Shown here in pieces: positions 27,201 to 39,269 of a stretch of DNA of 64,000 nucleotides; position 1 is the stretch's first letter; each line of letters begins with the position of its first letter. The notes under the pieces were generated by a model. It did no database searches. It was not told where the DNA came from and worked only from the letters and a program-made list of their open reading frames with translations. This stretch comes from Anthoceros angustus. Lineage: Eukaryota; Plantae; Anthocerotophyta. The translations under genes were made by a program, and so were the position numbers. The stretch is taken from assembly GCA_010909165.1 (NCBI GenBank), contig VJWM01000126.1, positions 248,001 through 312,000 of the forward strand, read 5' to 3'.

Positions 27201-29673
27201 CCACTTCTTTGTTACTCGTTGACATGGCCTCTTTGTAAGAAGAGGGTTCCCCACAACTGTCGATAACATAATCCAGATGGATCATACCGCCGAGGTCGTG
27301 TAATCGCCTCGACCACGAAGTGCACCTCTATAGGTGCTTGTTCGACTCTTGGTTCATCTATCGGTGGAGGAATGTGCTCGCACATTACCACGTATCAACC
27401 CGCCCATGATGATCATGTCCATCTTCTTGGAAGATCACCCTTCGCACCTCCAGCTTGGAGTAGGCTTCCGTGCATCTTGTTCTCATTGAAGAACACGCCG
27501 TTAGTACGAACAACCTTTCTAGCCTCGGATCCCACAAACGGTATCCCATCTCACCGAATCACCATAGCCAAGAAAAATACATTTCTTGGACTTAGGTGCC
27601 AACTTGTCCCGAAACTCTTTTGGAACATGGCAGTATGCCTCACAGCCAAACACTCGCAGATGCTTGTAGGATGGTTTCTTTCCGCACTATAGCTCCTCCG
27701 AACTCGCTCATCAATTTTATTAGGAGATCCGTTAATAAGATGAATCGCAGAGACATCGCTCGCCCAAAACCCATTAGGCAATCCGAGTTTGACAACAAAC
27801 TACGCATCCTCTCCGAATGGTTCTGCTCATCCGCCGCCCACACCATTTTGTGGAGGAGTATACGCGCAAATCTTTTGATTCCTTGGAATCACGAATGACC
27901 GAAAGCTGAAACATACTCGCCACCATTATCCGCCCTTAGACACTTCAATCGGTGGCCGATCGATTCTCTACAAGGGTGACAAATTTCAAACACCGCCGTA
28001 ACTTCATCCTTTTTCCTCAAAGGATAAACCCACACCTTGCGTGAGAAATCATCTATGAAAGTGACAAAATAGGATAATTTAATGATGCAGAGGCATAGGT
28101 CCACATACATCACTGTGAACCAACTCAAGAGGTTTACTCCTACCTTTACCTCTTGTTCGATGTGATGATTTTGTCTGTTTCCCATATAAACAGTGCTCAC
28201 ACATCGAGAGATCAGAGAAGTTAAGAACAGGGATATAACCAGAACGAGATAAAACCTTCATTCCCTTCTGAGACATATGTCCTAACCGGCAATGCCACAA
28301 GGAAACATTTGGCTGCTCTGTTACACAGATCACATGATCTTTGACAGTGTTTACCTGAAGTGAGTACAAAGTGCCACACTTCGATCCACGAGCTAACACA
28401 AGAGAACCTTTGGAGATCTTCCAAGAGTGATCCCCAAACCAGCAGTGGTAACCAGCATCATCCAACTGTCCTGCGCTAATCATGCTCTTTGTCAACTTCG
28501 GAACATGCCTAACGCCCTTCAAAGATGAATGAAGATCCGTTGTCAAACTTGAGTTGCACATCACCTCGCTGCGATCCGCATGCATAGTTATTTCCAAGCC
28601 TAACGCATCCTTTCCTTGTAGCATCATACGTGCTAAACCACTCTATGCGGAGTAACATGGAAAGATGCACCGTCAATCAATTATCCAATTGCGTAATAAA
28701 TGACTATCCACATTAATTGTGCAAGATTCAAGTAAGAAGAGATAAGGACATCTCCGTCCTCAATGTAGTTTAACTCTTCCAACTCGATGCATTTAAGTCG
28801 CCTTCTGTCCCCGCTTCTCTTTTCCTTGGTCCTTTTGAACTTCGCACTCTTTTGAAGTGACCCCTTTGTGACAATAGTGACACTCCACATTCTTGTTACG
28901 ACTACGAGATTTGCTACGAGAGAAGCTTCGTCCGCTGTTTCCCTTCGCAGGACCTCCCTCTCACTATGAGGGCACCGGAACCTTTGAAGGTTCCATGTTT
29001 TCCTGCTCACCTCCTCGCCAATGTGCTACCTTCTACATTTACAATGGTAAGACCACTAGCGCGTTACTCGTAGCCGCATTTAAAGGTGTCCCAACCTCCG
29101 TAATGTGACCAATGAAACATAGCTCTCACTAACTGGGAACGTGATACCTTGAGATGAGAGTCGGCTGAAAATGGTATTGAAATCATTCGATGATCGGACA
29201 TCCTCGTCCCTTCCTTCATCTTCAAGTCCACCATTGCTTCAACCAATACACCGAGAAGCCGCACTTTGCTTCTCATACAGTCACATGCCTTCCCGCCACA
29301 GTAACTCGTGGTCTTATCTTTCACATTGAAGTACACTGCTTTTGACAATGTTAGCATGATAGTAGATCTAGCAAGCTCATCCAGTCCGCCACTCATCCCG
29401 TGTCATACTATCCGGTTTGACGCCTAACAACTTTATGGGCTTGATCCGCTTTTTCGCACTAGAACATTATACACTTGTTCTTTCCAACGGAAGTTAGTAC
29501 CATCTAACTTCTCGATATTGAACATGACGCTCGACGATGAAGACATCATGACTCAAAAATCGCGATTAAACACTCAACTCGCCTTGTTAGAAAAGTCAAA
29601 GAAGAAAACACAGCGGTGTATCCGTTGATTATTCCACCGAGTAATTTCGAATTTTCTCCGCTCCCGCAATTTG

Positions 29674-30213
29674 CTGCGCCGCGGCCCCGCCGCGCCGCCG
29701 CACCGCACCGCCGCGCCTGCGCGCGCCGGCCTGCACCCCGCGCCACGGCCTGCGCCGCGGCTGCCGCGCGCGGCGCCGCGCCACCGCCCGCCGCCGCCGC
29801 GCCACGGCCGCCGCGCGGCCGGCTGCGCGCGCACCGCCGCGCCTGCGCGGCTCGCGCGCGCTGCGCGCCGCACCGCCGCGCGCGCGCTGCCGCGCGCGGC
29901 CGCTGCGCGCGCCGCGCCGCCGCGCCGGCGCGCGGCTGGGCGGGGGCGGGCGGCCGGCTGCGGCGCGCCCGCGCTCGGCGGCGCGCGCTGGCCGCGGCCG
30001 CGCGGCCGCGCGCGGCTCGCGGCCGCGGCCTGCAAGGCCCGGCGCGCCGCGCTGCCGGGCGGCGCGCGCGCGCGCGCTGCCCCGCCGCTCGCGCGCGGCC
30101 GCGCTGCGCGGCTCGCGGCCGCGCTGCTGGCGGGCCCACGCGCTCGCGCCGCGCCCGGGCTCGCCACGGCTCGCGCGCGCGGCCGCGCCCGCCGCCGCCG
30201 CCGCGCGCCCGCC
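29674..30213. other. ~540-bp almost pure G/C low-complexity tract
   Basis: Directly visible: cgccgcgcgc-type sequence with very few A/T. Lies in the copia 5'UTR position. Confidence 0.95.
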
Positions 30214-31493
30214 ACATCCGGATCACCTGCACTCCACGATCACCGCAGCTAGAAAATTCTAGCATCACAACACAACCAAACCAAGTAACCAAAGATCATC
30301 CAACCGTCTCCGCGCTAATCATGCTCTTTGTCAACTTGAACATGCCTAACGCCCTTCAAAGATGAATGAAGATCCGTTGTCAAACTTGAGTTGCACATCA
30401 CCCACGCGCGATCCGCATGCATAGTTATTTCCAACGATCCTTTCCTTGTAGCATCATACGTGCTAAACCACTCTCTATGAGTAACATGGAAAGATGCACC
30501 GAGTCAATTATCCAATTGCGTAATAAATGACTATCCACATTAAGCAAGATTCAAGTAAGAAGAGATAAGGACATCTCCGTCCTCAACAGTAGTTTAACTC
30601 TTCCAACTCGATTAAGTCGCCTTCGCCCGCTTCTCTTTTCCTTGGTCCTTTTGAACTTCTCGCACTCTCTTGAAGTGACCCCTTTGTGACAATAGTGACA
30701 CTCCACATTCTTGTTACGACTACGAGATTTGCTACGAGAGAAGCCCGTCCGGTTGCTTCCCTTCGCAGTGGACCTCCCTCTCACTATGAGGGCACCGGAA
30801 CCTTTGGAAGGTTCCATGTTTTCCTGCTCACCTCCTCCTTAATGTGCTACCTTCTACATTTACAATGGTAAGACCACAAAGCACTGAGTGCACAAAGGTG
30901 TCCCAACTCTCGTAATGTGACCAATGAAACATAGCTCTCACTAACTGGGAACGTGATACCTTGAGATGAGAGCCTGAAAATGGTATTGAAATCATTCGAT
31001 GATCGGACATCCTCCCTTCCTTCATCTTCAAGTCCACCACCGTTTCAACCAATACACCGAGCCGCACTTTGCTTCTCACAGTCACATGCCCGCCACATCC
31101 GTAACTCGTGGTCTTATCTTTCACATTGAAGTACACTGCTTTTGACAATGTTAGCATGATAGTAGATCTAGCAAGCTCATCCAGTCCCGCCACTCATCCC
31201 GTGTCATACTATCCGGTTTGACGCCTAACAACTTTATGGGCTTGATCCGCTTTTTCTCGCACTAGAACATTATACACTTGTTCTTTCCAACGGAAGTTAG
31301 TACCATCTAACTTCTCGATATTGAACATGACGCTCGACGATGAAGACATCATGACTCAAAAATCGATACTGATAAAACACTCAACTCGCCTTGAAAAGTC
31401 AAAGAAGAAAACAACTGCGACCGTATTTTGTCGCTGATTTATTCCACCGAGTATTCCGCGAATCGCTCGACTTTCTCACCGCGCTCAGATATT

Positions 31494-32016
31494 TCGCGCG
31501 CCGGCGCCCGCCGCCGCGCCGCGCCACGCCGCGCGCCGCGGCTGCCGCGCCCGCACCCCGCGGCCGCCGCCGCCGCCGCCACGCCGCGCGGCTGCGCCCG
31601 CACGGCCAGCACCGCCCGCGGCCGCCGCGCTGCGCGCCGCGGCCGCCGGCTGCGCGGCTCGCGGCCGGCGGCCCCGCTGCGCGCCGGCGGCCTGCGCTGG
31701 CGCGCTGCCGCGCGCGCGCGCGCTGGGCGGGCGCGCGCGCGCCGGCGCGCCCGCCGCGCTGCGGCCATACCCGCGCGCCGCGCCGCGCGCGCCGCGCTCG
31801 CGCGCGGCCGCGGCGGGCGCCGCGGCGCGCTCGGCGGCGCAAGGCTGGGCGGCTGCGCGCCGCGCCGCGCCGCGCGCGCTCGCGGCCGCCGCGCCACGGC
31901 CGCGCTGCCCCGCGCCCGCTGCGCGCCGCGCCACCGGCGCGGCTCGCCGCCTCGCGCCGCTCGCGCGCGCCGCCGCGCCGCCGCGCGCGCCGCGCTCGCG
32001 GCCTCGCGCCGCCGCG
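31494..32016. other. ~520-bp almost pure G/C low-complexity tract (second copy position)
   Basis: Same flanks as the 29674-30213 tract, but the internal sequence does not align. Confidence 0.95.
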
Positions 32017-35000
32017 ATCTCGATCACCTGCAATTCCACGAGTCCGCAGCCTAGAAAATTCTAGCATCACAACACAACCAAACCATGGCTCGATACCGCT
32101 TGAAGGATCGTGGGCAGCCATGGGTGGAAAGAGGAGAGGAGAGGAGGAGGCAAGTGTAGCTCTCTCACATTGAGATGAGGCTTGAGGGTATTTATACCTC
32201 CAATAGGCTCCTAGGAAGCTCCACAAGAAGCTCCTAGGAAGGAGCACAAGAAGCTTCCTAGTGATTAGCTTAAGCTAAACTAATGATACTTAACTGACAC
32301 CTAACTTAGACTAAGTGTATTAGTCTAAGTACATTGGGCTTTAATACCCTTACACACCCTTCACCACTAGTCACCCCAGTCGCGGAGCTTGGTCACTCAG
32401 CTCTCGACCATCCAGGGATCTCCCGCCCTTGACGAGAGGACGAAACGAATCGCCCCATCGATCGGATGTCTCCAACCAACCACGCCGCACAAATTCGACA
32501 CACGGAGCTCACACCGAAATTGTCTAACGAGAGACGCTAAGGGTCTCTTATACATCCGTCAGCCGCCATAGCTCACTTTCCCAAAGGTCTAAAGATGGCT
32601 AACCTACCTCAAAGGTTCAAAGATGGCTAACCTACCACGAGCGCCTACCACCTATCTTGTTCACAAGCTTCCTAGCACCTTATCCTCTAATCCAAGTGAA
32701 AGCCTCGACCTATGATGCCACTCTAAAATCGCGCCCGCCTCCGCTGTGGCCGCCTAACCCGCGGCCCATGGGTGTTCCCCGCCTCCTACCACGCCCGATC
32801 CGAAGATCCTCCTTAATATCTCCACCTCACTCCCGCTTATCCGAGGTCCCTTCACTCCTCCTAGGAGGCGCCTGTCTGCCGCTCGCCTCGCACGCTTTCT
32901 CGCCTCCTCATCGCTGGACAGCCAAACCGGCGCTTCCTCCATCCATGCTCTAGCCTCCGCCTTGCTCATTTCCTCGAGCACAACCTGTGAAGGTGCGCCC
33001 GGCTCACATGGACAATCCAGTTGCTTCTGAAAGAGGGTTGCATCCCTCCTGGCACTGTGGCTTCCCCCCACGGGTCCTTCTTCCGCGGTGGCTAGCTCCA
33101 CCACTGGTGGCCGCTTGACCACCCCGCGGTGGGCCTTCTGCCCTTCTTGGCACCGTCTCTTTCTTGACCACAGCCCTAGCCTCATCTCTCTCCGCTTATA
33201 CCTCTCCGCTAGCTTCTTGAACTTCTCCATAGGTGCGTCTCCAGTTCCACAGGCCCCTGTTCTTGAATGAAGGATCCCCACCTTACATAGACAATTTTTA
33301 TTCCTAAAATCCCAAGGTCCAAGGACCTTCTAGCACGGCCGATATTCACAGTGTTCGAGGCCAAGGACTAGTGTTGTAAAATTAATATTGTCATGGCCAA
33401 GGACCACTTTTACAATATAAAAGGCCTTGCCTCGGACATTTCCTAAGCACTCCATCATACAAAACATAAGAAAAACAAAAAAAAACATTCAAACCAACAC
33501 TCCAGGGGAGGGTTAGTGTACATGTGGTCTTCCACACCAGGGTCGAGGAGGAGGAGGAGAGGAGGCAGTGTTGCCAGGCCCCGCTAGGTGCTCGGCTATG
33601 TGAACAATCGAACACCTTGAGGAGGTGTAAGCAAGGGCAGATGACCTTTGCAGGAGGAGAGGAGCGGCCCAAGAAGAGGCTGAGGAGGCACGCAGGCAGG
33701 CGGAGAGGGCCAAGGACTTGGCCTTGACCCGAGCGAGGCAGAACCAAGCACAGGAGGCTCGAGGTGAAGGGGCGCGGGAGGCGGAGGCCCCAGTGCCAAG
33801 GCAGCCGAGGATCACTACGTGGGGCAATCGGTGGAGTAGCCACAGCCAACTTGAAGGCGGAGGCGGGCGGTAGAGCAACAAGCACTGTGTGAGGAGAGAG
33901 GAGGCCGGCACCAAGGAGCTAGGGGACCTCGGATACATGTGCAGCAGGAGAGGAGCGGCCCAAGAAGAGGCTGAGGAGGCACGCAGCAGGAGAGGGCCAA
34001 GGACAACAACAAACTGGACAGGAGGCAACCAAGCCCGGGAGGCCTGTGTGAAGGGGCGGAGGCGGAGGCCCGTGCCAAGACGGCCGAGGATCACCTACCG
34101 GTAGGACAGAAATCGGTGGAGTAGCCACGGCCAACTTGAAGGCGAGCAAATATGGAGCAAGCACGGTGTAATCCGTGAGGAGGAGAGGGAGGCCAGCACC
34201 AAGGAGCTAGGGGACCTCCAGATACAGCTGCAGGACACGGAAGAACGGCGCCAGGAGTTGGAGGCCTAAGGGAGACCTTGGAGCTGTACGGAGGAGCGGA
34301 ATGGAATTCTCAAGGAGAATCGAGGATCACGAGCCCGGGAGATAGAGCGCTGCAGCCTGTTGGAGGGTGTAGGCAAGTCATCCAAGTCGGAGGCAGGGAT
34401 ACGCGAGTTGGAGAGGGACTTGGAGGAAGCCAGGAGCGGCTGCCGAACGCCTGGAAAGGGATATGGTGGCCCTACGGTAAGGATGAACGGAGGAGAGGAG
34501 GCCCGGCACCAAGGAGCTAGGGGACCTCGTGATACACCGTAGGACACGAAGAACGGGCGCTGTGGAGTTGGAGGCCGGACCTTGGGAGCCAGAAACGGAG
34601 GAGCTGGAATGGAATTCTCAAGGAGAATCGAGGATCACGAGCCCGGGAGATAGAGCGGCTGTTGGAGGGTGTAGGCAAGTCATCGGGCCAAGTCGAGCAG
34701 ATATCGCCGAGTTGGAGAGGGACTTGAGGAAGCCAGAGCGGGCAGCTGCCTAACGCCTGGAAAGGGATATGGTGGCCCTCCGGTAAGGATGAACGGAGGA
34801 GAGAGCTCGAGGAAGAGCAAAAGTTGGCCGGTCCGCTTATGAGGGCGTAAGGAGAATCGAGGATCACGAGCCCGGGAGATAGAGCGGCTGTTGGAGGGTG
34901 TAGGCAAGTCATCGGGCCAAGTCGAGGGATATCGGAGTTGGAGAGGGACTTGAGGAAGCCAGAGCGGGCAGCTGCCTAACGCCTGGAAAGGGATATGGTG

Positions 35001-35749
35001 GCCCTCCGGTAAGGATGAACGGAGGAGAGAGCTCGAGGAAGAGCAAAAGTTCGGGTCCGCTTATGAGGAGGCGGAGGAGAGGAGGCCGCTGAGGCAGCCG
35101 AGAGGAGGAAGCGGGCGGAGCGAGGATTCAGGAAGTGGCGGAGGCGGCCTTGGCAACCTCAAGGGATTCCTGCATTTCCGGATGACCTCATGTGAGCGAA
35201 AACTCCGACACGCCAGCTTGCTGCAGAACCTCCTCGGGAGGCATGAGTATCGGGTGCTCGCGCCCATGTGGAGAGGAGCCAAAGGGTTGACTCGACTTCC
35301 GCATATTATCATGCGGAGCTCCTCAAGGCGGTGGAGGTAGTGCCCCACACAGGGCAAATTGAAGGGCCGCCAGAAGAGTCAGAAAGAGGGTGGAGAGACG
35401 AGGGCCTGGGGGATAGTGCCGCCACAGGAACCCTGGGGGCGCTGTTCGGGGACGAGAGCAGCAGCGGGGAAGGAGAGCACCCGGACGAGAGGGATACGGC
35501 AGACACCACAAGATAAGAGGTAAGTCCGTCGCACACCACAAGGGAAGAAAGAGAGGGGGTCCCCGAGCGGGTCAGGGGAGGAGAAGTGTGGAGTGCCAAT
35601 CCGGTGTTCATGACCCCGGCGGCTTGTTTTGGGCTGGATTTGTTTTTTTGGGTTGTTACTTCTTAGCAGGGATAGGGCGGAGTTAGCCAATAAGGCCATT
35701 TTTGGCCAGATTGCACTTAGTGCGCAATCCCTAGACCTTAGGTCCGTCC

Positions 35750-36020
35750 GGGCGGGGTCCAACGGAGTGGTCCGTCCGGGCAGAGGTCCAACGAAGTAAG
35801 TCCGTCCGGGCGGGGTCCGACGGAGTGGTCCGTCGGGGCAGAGGTCCGACGGAGTAAGTCCGTCCGGGCGGGGTCTGACGGAGTGGTCCGTCAGGCGGAG
35901 GTCCGGCCAGGAAAAGTCCGTCGGGCGGGGTCCAACGGAGTGGTCCGTCCGGGCGGCGTTCGACGGAGTAAGTCCGGCCGGGCGGCTTAGTCCGGAGTAA
36001 GTCCGGCCGGGCGTCTTAGT
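35750..36020. repeat. ~28-30-bp minisatellite (gtccgtccgggcggggtcc.acggagt), about 9 units
   Basis: Direct tandem units with no unique spacers. Confidence 0.9.
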
Positions 36021-37060
36021 CCGAATGGCATAGTCTGAATGACCGCTGCTGCGGGGAAGTACTGGAAGCAGCCGATCTGGAATGATGAGCTACGCCCAAT
36101 GCTACTACGACCTGTGGTTAGGGTACACATGTAGGGGGTTAGACTAGTGAGGGGGGAGTAAGGAGGCCTAGGCGCCCTAGACCGGGAGACTATCCTGTGG
36201 TACCATCTTCAAGGCCCGTGGGCTCGCCTCCCGTGCTCGAGGAGCGACTGTGTTCCTGCCACCTGCGTGATTACCTGGTAAAGGGATGTGTGAGAGCTCA
36301 GTGACGAGCCCGCCAACACGCTGATGGGTGCGCACGGGTCGGACCTAAGCTGGAGGTGCTCGGGGTGATTTCCTGCGTGACTAACCTTGGAGGCTGGAAC
36401 GGAGGTCGGGGTTGCAGGTCGCGAAGCCACTTCTCCGCCAACGCAGTACCCGGGGATAAGGAGGCGCTTGGGGTGACCACTGGGCGGAAGCCATCCTCGG
36501 AGGTCAAAGTGAGGTTGTGGGGTTGCGGTGAAGACAATACCCCACTCGAACGCCAAGCCTGGAGGAAAGGCGGCCCGGTGTGAATACACCGCGTGTTGGT
36601 GTTGCGACTACTATGGGGTGGATAAGGGAGGAGGGCCGCATGCGGCGCGGTGTGTTGCTTGTGGAGCCGACGTAGAGACGAGGAGCGCAGAGTACGAGGG
36701 TCGACGGAGGAACGCGTCGCTAAACCTCGCTCCGCGTTGGAGAAACCCGAGCGAGTTTGTGGAAGGTCCTGGTCGCGTGGCTGGTCCGTCAGTTGAGGGC
36801 ACACGCTAGGGTTGCGGTTCGCCGACCCAACATGATGAAGTCCGCTCAGCGATAGGGGTTGTAGAGCTCGCATAATAATAAGCAGTCTATTCCTGGAACG
36901 AACCGTACTACATCGACATTGGGTTAGTGTGCGCCCGGCTAGTCCACTAGCAAAAGTTGCTCCACAAGAAGTCGAGTGGGGACGGGGAGTGAAGGGGTCC
37001 GGTGGGTGAACACGGACCCCCGGTGAATGCTCTGGGCGAGGATGTCCAGAACCCGCGAGG

Positions 37061-37132
37061 CCGGACTCGAGGTCCGGACTCGAGGTCCGGACTCGAGGTC
37101 CGGACTCGAGGTCCGGACTCGAGGTCCGGACT
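37061..37132. repeat. 13-bp tandem repeat ccggactcgaggt x5.5
   Basis: Perfect tandem copies. Confidence 0.95.
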
Positions 37133-38558
37133 GACAGGGGGCCGGACCCCGAGGTCCGGACTGAGGGGAAGGTGGGTGATGATCGGGCCTCAACCCCACC
37201 TGTGAGAACGGACCCCGAGTGGACCCACGTTGTGGACTCACCAAGAGACGGCGAGGAGGAGGACTTGGTGGTCATCGCAGCTGTCGCCGCCGCCGAGCGC
37301 AGGCCCCGGCGTCTCGGCAAAGGAGAGCCTCGCGCTGGATCATCCGATTGGGTGCGCCTGCAATTACCGTAGCCGGGATTGGGCCGCCGCACAAGAAGGA
37401 ATCTTGGTTAGCCATTGCCCCACCGGGCGTAGATAGGAAAGCTAGGAAGATAGGGGTTGCGTGCATAGGGCAGTTGAGCTGGACATCACCGGAAAAGTGT
37501 AATAAAGGCGCCTCGACGTAGTATAAGAGGCGGACGCCTCCCAGAAAGCATCTTTCTTTTGGGGTTGATACCGCGTTATCTTGCAGGCCCTTGTGTGTCC
37601 TTTGCTAACGCGAGTTCCGAGTCACTGAGCGGGCAAGACTACTCCGGAGAGACTGATCCAGGTCCTGGTGACGGACCCTAACGCATGGTGGTGTGTGTGT
37701 ACAAAAGGGATGACTGTGATCCCGCTCCTCTAGAGCAGGGACCGACGTCGACGCCGGGCATGAGACTAGCGGAACTCCGAGAGGGTGTGCAGAGCCCGGA
37801 CGGAGGGACTTGGTTGAACGATCATGGAGGTCCCACCTTGAGCCCACCCGCGATTTCAACCGTAATGTGTAGTGAGCGGTGTAGAGGCGGACTAGAAGAG
37901 TCGTAAGACGGACTGGTAGGAAACGGAGGTAAACGAGTCCTTAAACGTTTGGCCACGCCGGGCCTGTCCGGTGGACGCTTAGGAGTAATTAGGAAGTGAA
38001 AACGATCGCGTTGGGGTCTCGGATAGAACCCTTCCCAACGACGGGGCGAGAATCGAGCCACGAACGTGCAAAACGGAACAAATCATTCCTCAATGTACAT
38101 CGTAACGACAGGGATTAGTGGCGGCTTACCGCCGTCGAGCCACGTATGATGGTCATAGAGACAAGGGTGCCAAATGATCAAGGCTAAAGTTTTGCTCTTT
38201 GAAACACAGAAAAAATGCATCGCTTTGAAAAAAAAGAAAGGAGCTATACGCAACATGGCGCAATGCCCAAAATAAAAGGCGGCAGCAGCACCTCAAGCCA
38301 CGGCTTACTGTGGGCCTAAGCTTTAGCATGACGCAGAGTACATATTAGCATCCAGGTAGAAATGCGGTTCTCCACATTAGAGGGGTTATGATGAGCTAAA
38401 TGTAATATTTTTTTGAGCAAAAATGCATCAAATTTGCCATTTTTTTTCAGGTTTCTTGAGGCGATTTTCTAACTTAAATGTAGTGTTGGCAAGCGCAATA
38501 CCCAATCTTGCATGTCCACTTAGCTCTCATGAGTCGCATCCATAGGGCCACAGCCATT

Positions 38559-38619
38559 TTGAAGGGGTAGGGATGTTCGGAAGCAACAGAGTTGCTTCTG
38601 AACATCCCTACCCCTTCAA
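38559..38619. repeat. Near-perfect inverted repeat: 29-bp stem, 3-nt loop
   Basis: ttgaaggggtagggatgttcggaagcaac-aga-gttgcttctgaacatccctaccccttcaa, with one G-T pair. Confidence 0.95.
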
Positions 38620-39269
38620 TGTAAGAGTCTCTTACAAGTTAATTTTGCATGTTTGCCGCTCCTCTCATACATGCGTTTCTATTTGAAAATAGACAAATTG
38701 TCCTAAGTGCGCAAACAAGTTTTCACACCAAGCATGTGTGTGTGTGTGCGCGCACTCAAGACAGTTATGCATCTCAAATGCTTGAATTTTGTAAATGATG
38801 CCACTTTATAAGGTTTCAGGGTTTGCAAAAACTCTTGTTTTGGGTATAGCCAGCGACAGTGTACGTACTCTGCTCTCGATGGACCTAGTCGAGGGACAGC
38901 AGAGGCCCCCTTCAGGATTTATTCAGCTCTAGCCAGGAGAGTGAGCCGTACGAGCTTCCCATACGCTTCGCTACTTGGCACATGTAACTTTGTAGGGAGG
39001 CTGTAGGTTTGGCAAGGCTGACGGTGCACTCTATTCGTTTCTTCATCTCGAAGTGCCTTTTACATACCATGGGACGATCAATTTAGGGTCGAATCCTTCA
39101 TATGTTCGATCCTAAGCTCCGCCGTCAGCTGGTCTTTTCTTTTTTAAATCATTTTGTGATAAATCCAAGAATGAGTAAGCACTTTTGCGTAGAGCCATCT
39201 TGAGAAGATGCCATTACTATGGAATGGCTGGCTTAGCCAATAGTTCCACAACCTGATGAATAAAATAGT

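Larger units (their letters stand above)
28450..32085 (-). repeat. Tandem duplication (~1.8 kb unit) of the copia 5'UTR-gag-protease region
   Basis: 28450-29640 matches 30295-31445 almost base for base (both encode DELARSTIMLTLSKAVYFNVKDKTTSY). Junction near 30295. Confidence 0.85.
25505..32354 (-). mobile_element. Ty1/copia LTR retrotransposon inserted in the 5' LTR of the Athila-like element
   Basis: Near-identical ~255-bp LTRs (~25505-25763 and ~32102-32354, starting TGTAAGGGTATT on minus). PPT aagtgggagg at ~25765-25774. Degenerate Met-i PBS at ~32086-32098. Pol motifs [79 protein letters not shown]. Probable TSD CACC(C). Confidence 0.92.
11716..32780 (-). mobile_element. Internally deleted Athila-like Ty3/gypsy LTR retrotransposon hosting nested CACTA and copia elements
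   Basis: Two homologous LTRs (11716 to ~13100; 24367 to ~32780, interrupted by copia). tRNA-Asp-type PBS TGGCGCCGTTGCCGGGGA on the minus strand at ~24346-24363. Retrotrans_gag-like ORF and pol fragments lie between the LTRs. The right boundary is approximate and no TSD was found. Confidence 0.85.
33500..38165 (+). mobile_element. Largest copy of the unclassified repeat family: tandemly repeated Glu/Arg-rich ORF units and minisatellites
   Basis: A ~290-bp unit occurs twice (33640-34210). A ~210-300-bp unit ggagaatcgaggatcacgagcccgggagatagagc... occurs three times (~34315, ~34622, ~34852). Homologous to 6540-7250 and, inverted, to 9860-11170. Confidence 0.6.

Noticed and set aside
29546-32247. 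Many 150-280-aa Arg/Ala/Pro/Gly-rich ORFs
   Set aside because: Produced by the pure-GC tracts, which cannot contain stop codons.
35750-36020. CRISPR-like look of the 28-30-bp repeats (also 47749-47986, 40255-40585, 51337-51428)
   Set aside because: Head-to-tail tandem units with no unique spacers, no cas genes, and a eukaryotic context.
38935-38985. gtgagccgtacg resembling group II intron domain V
   Set aside because: The stem and the closing cgtacggttc strand are absent.
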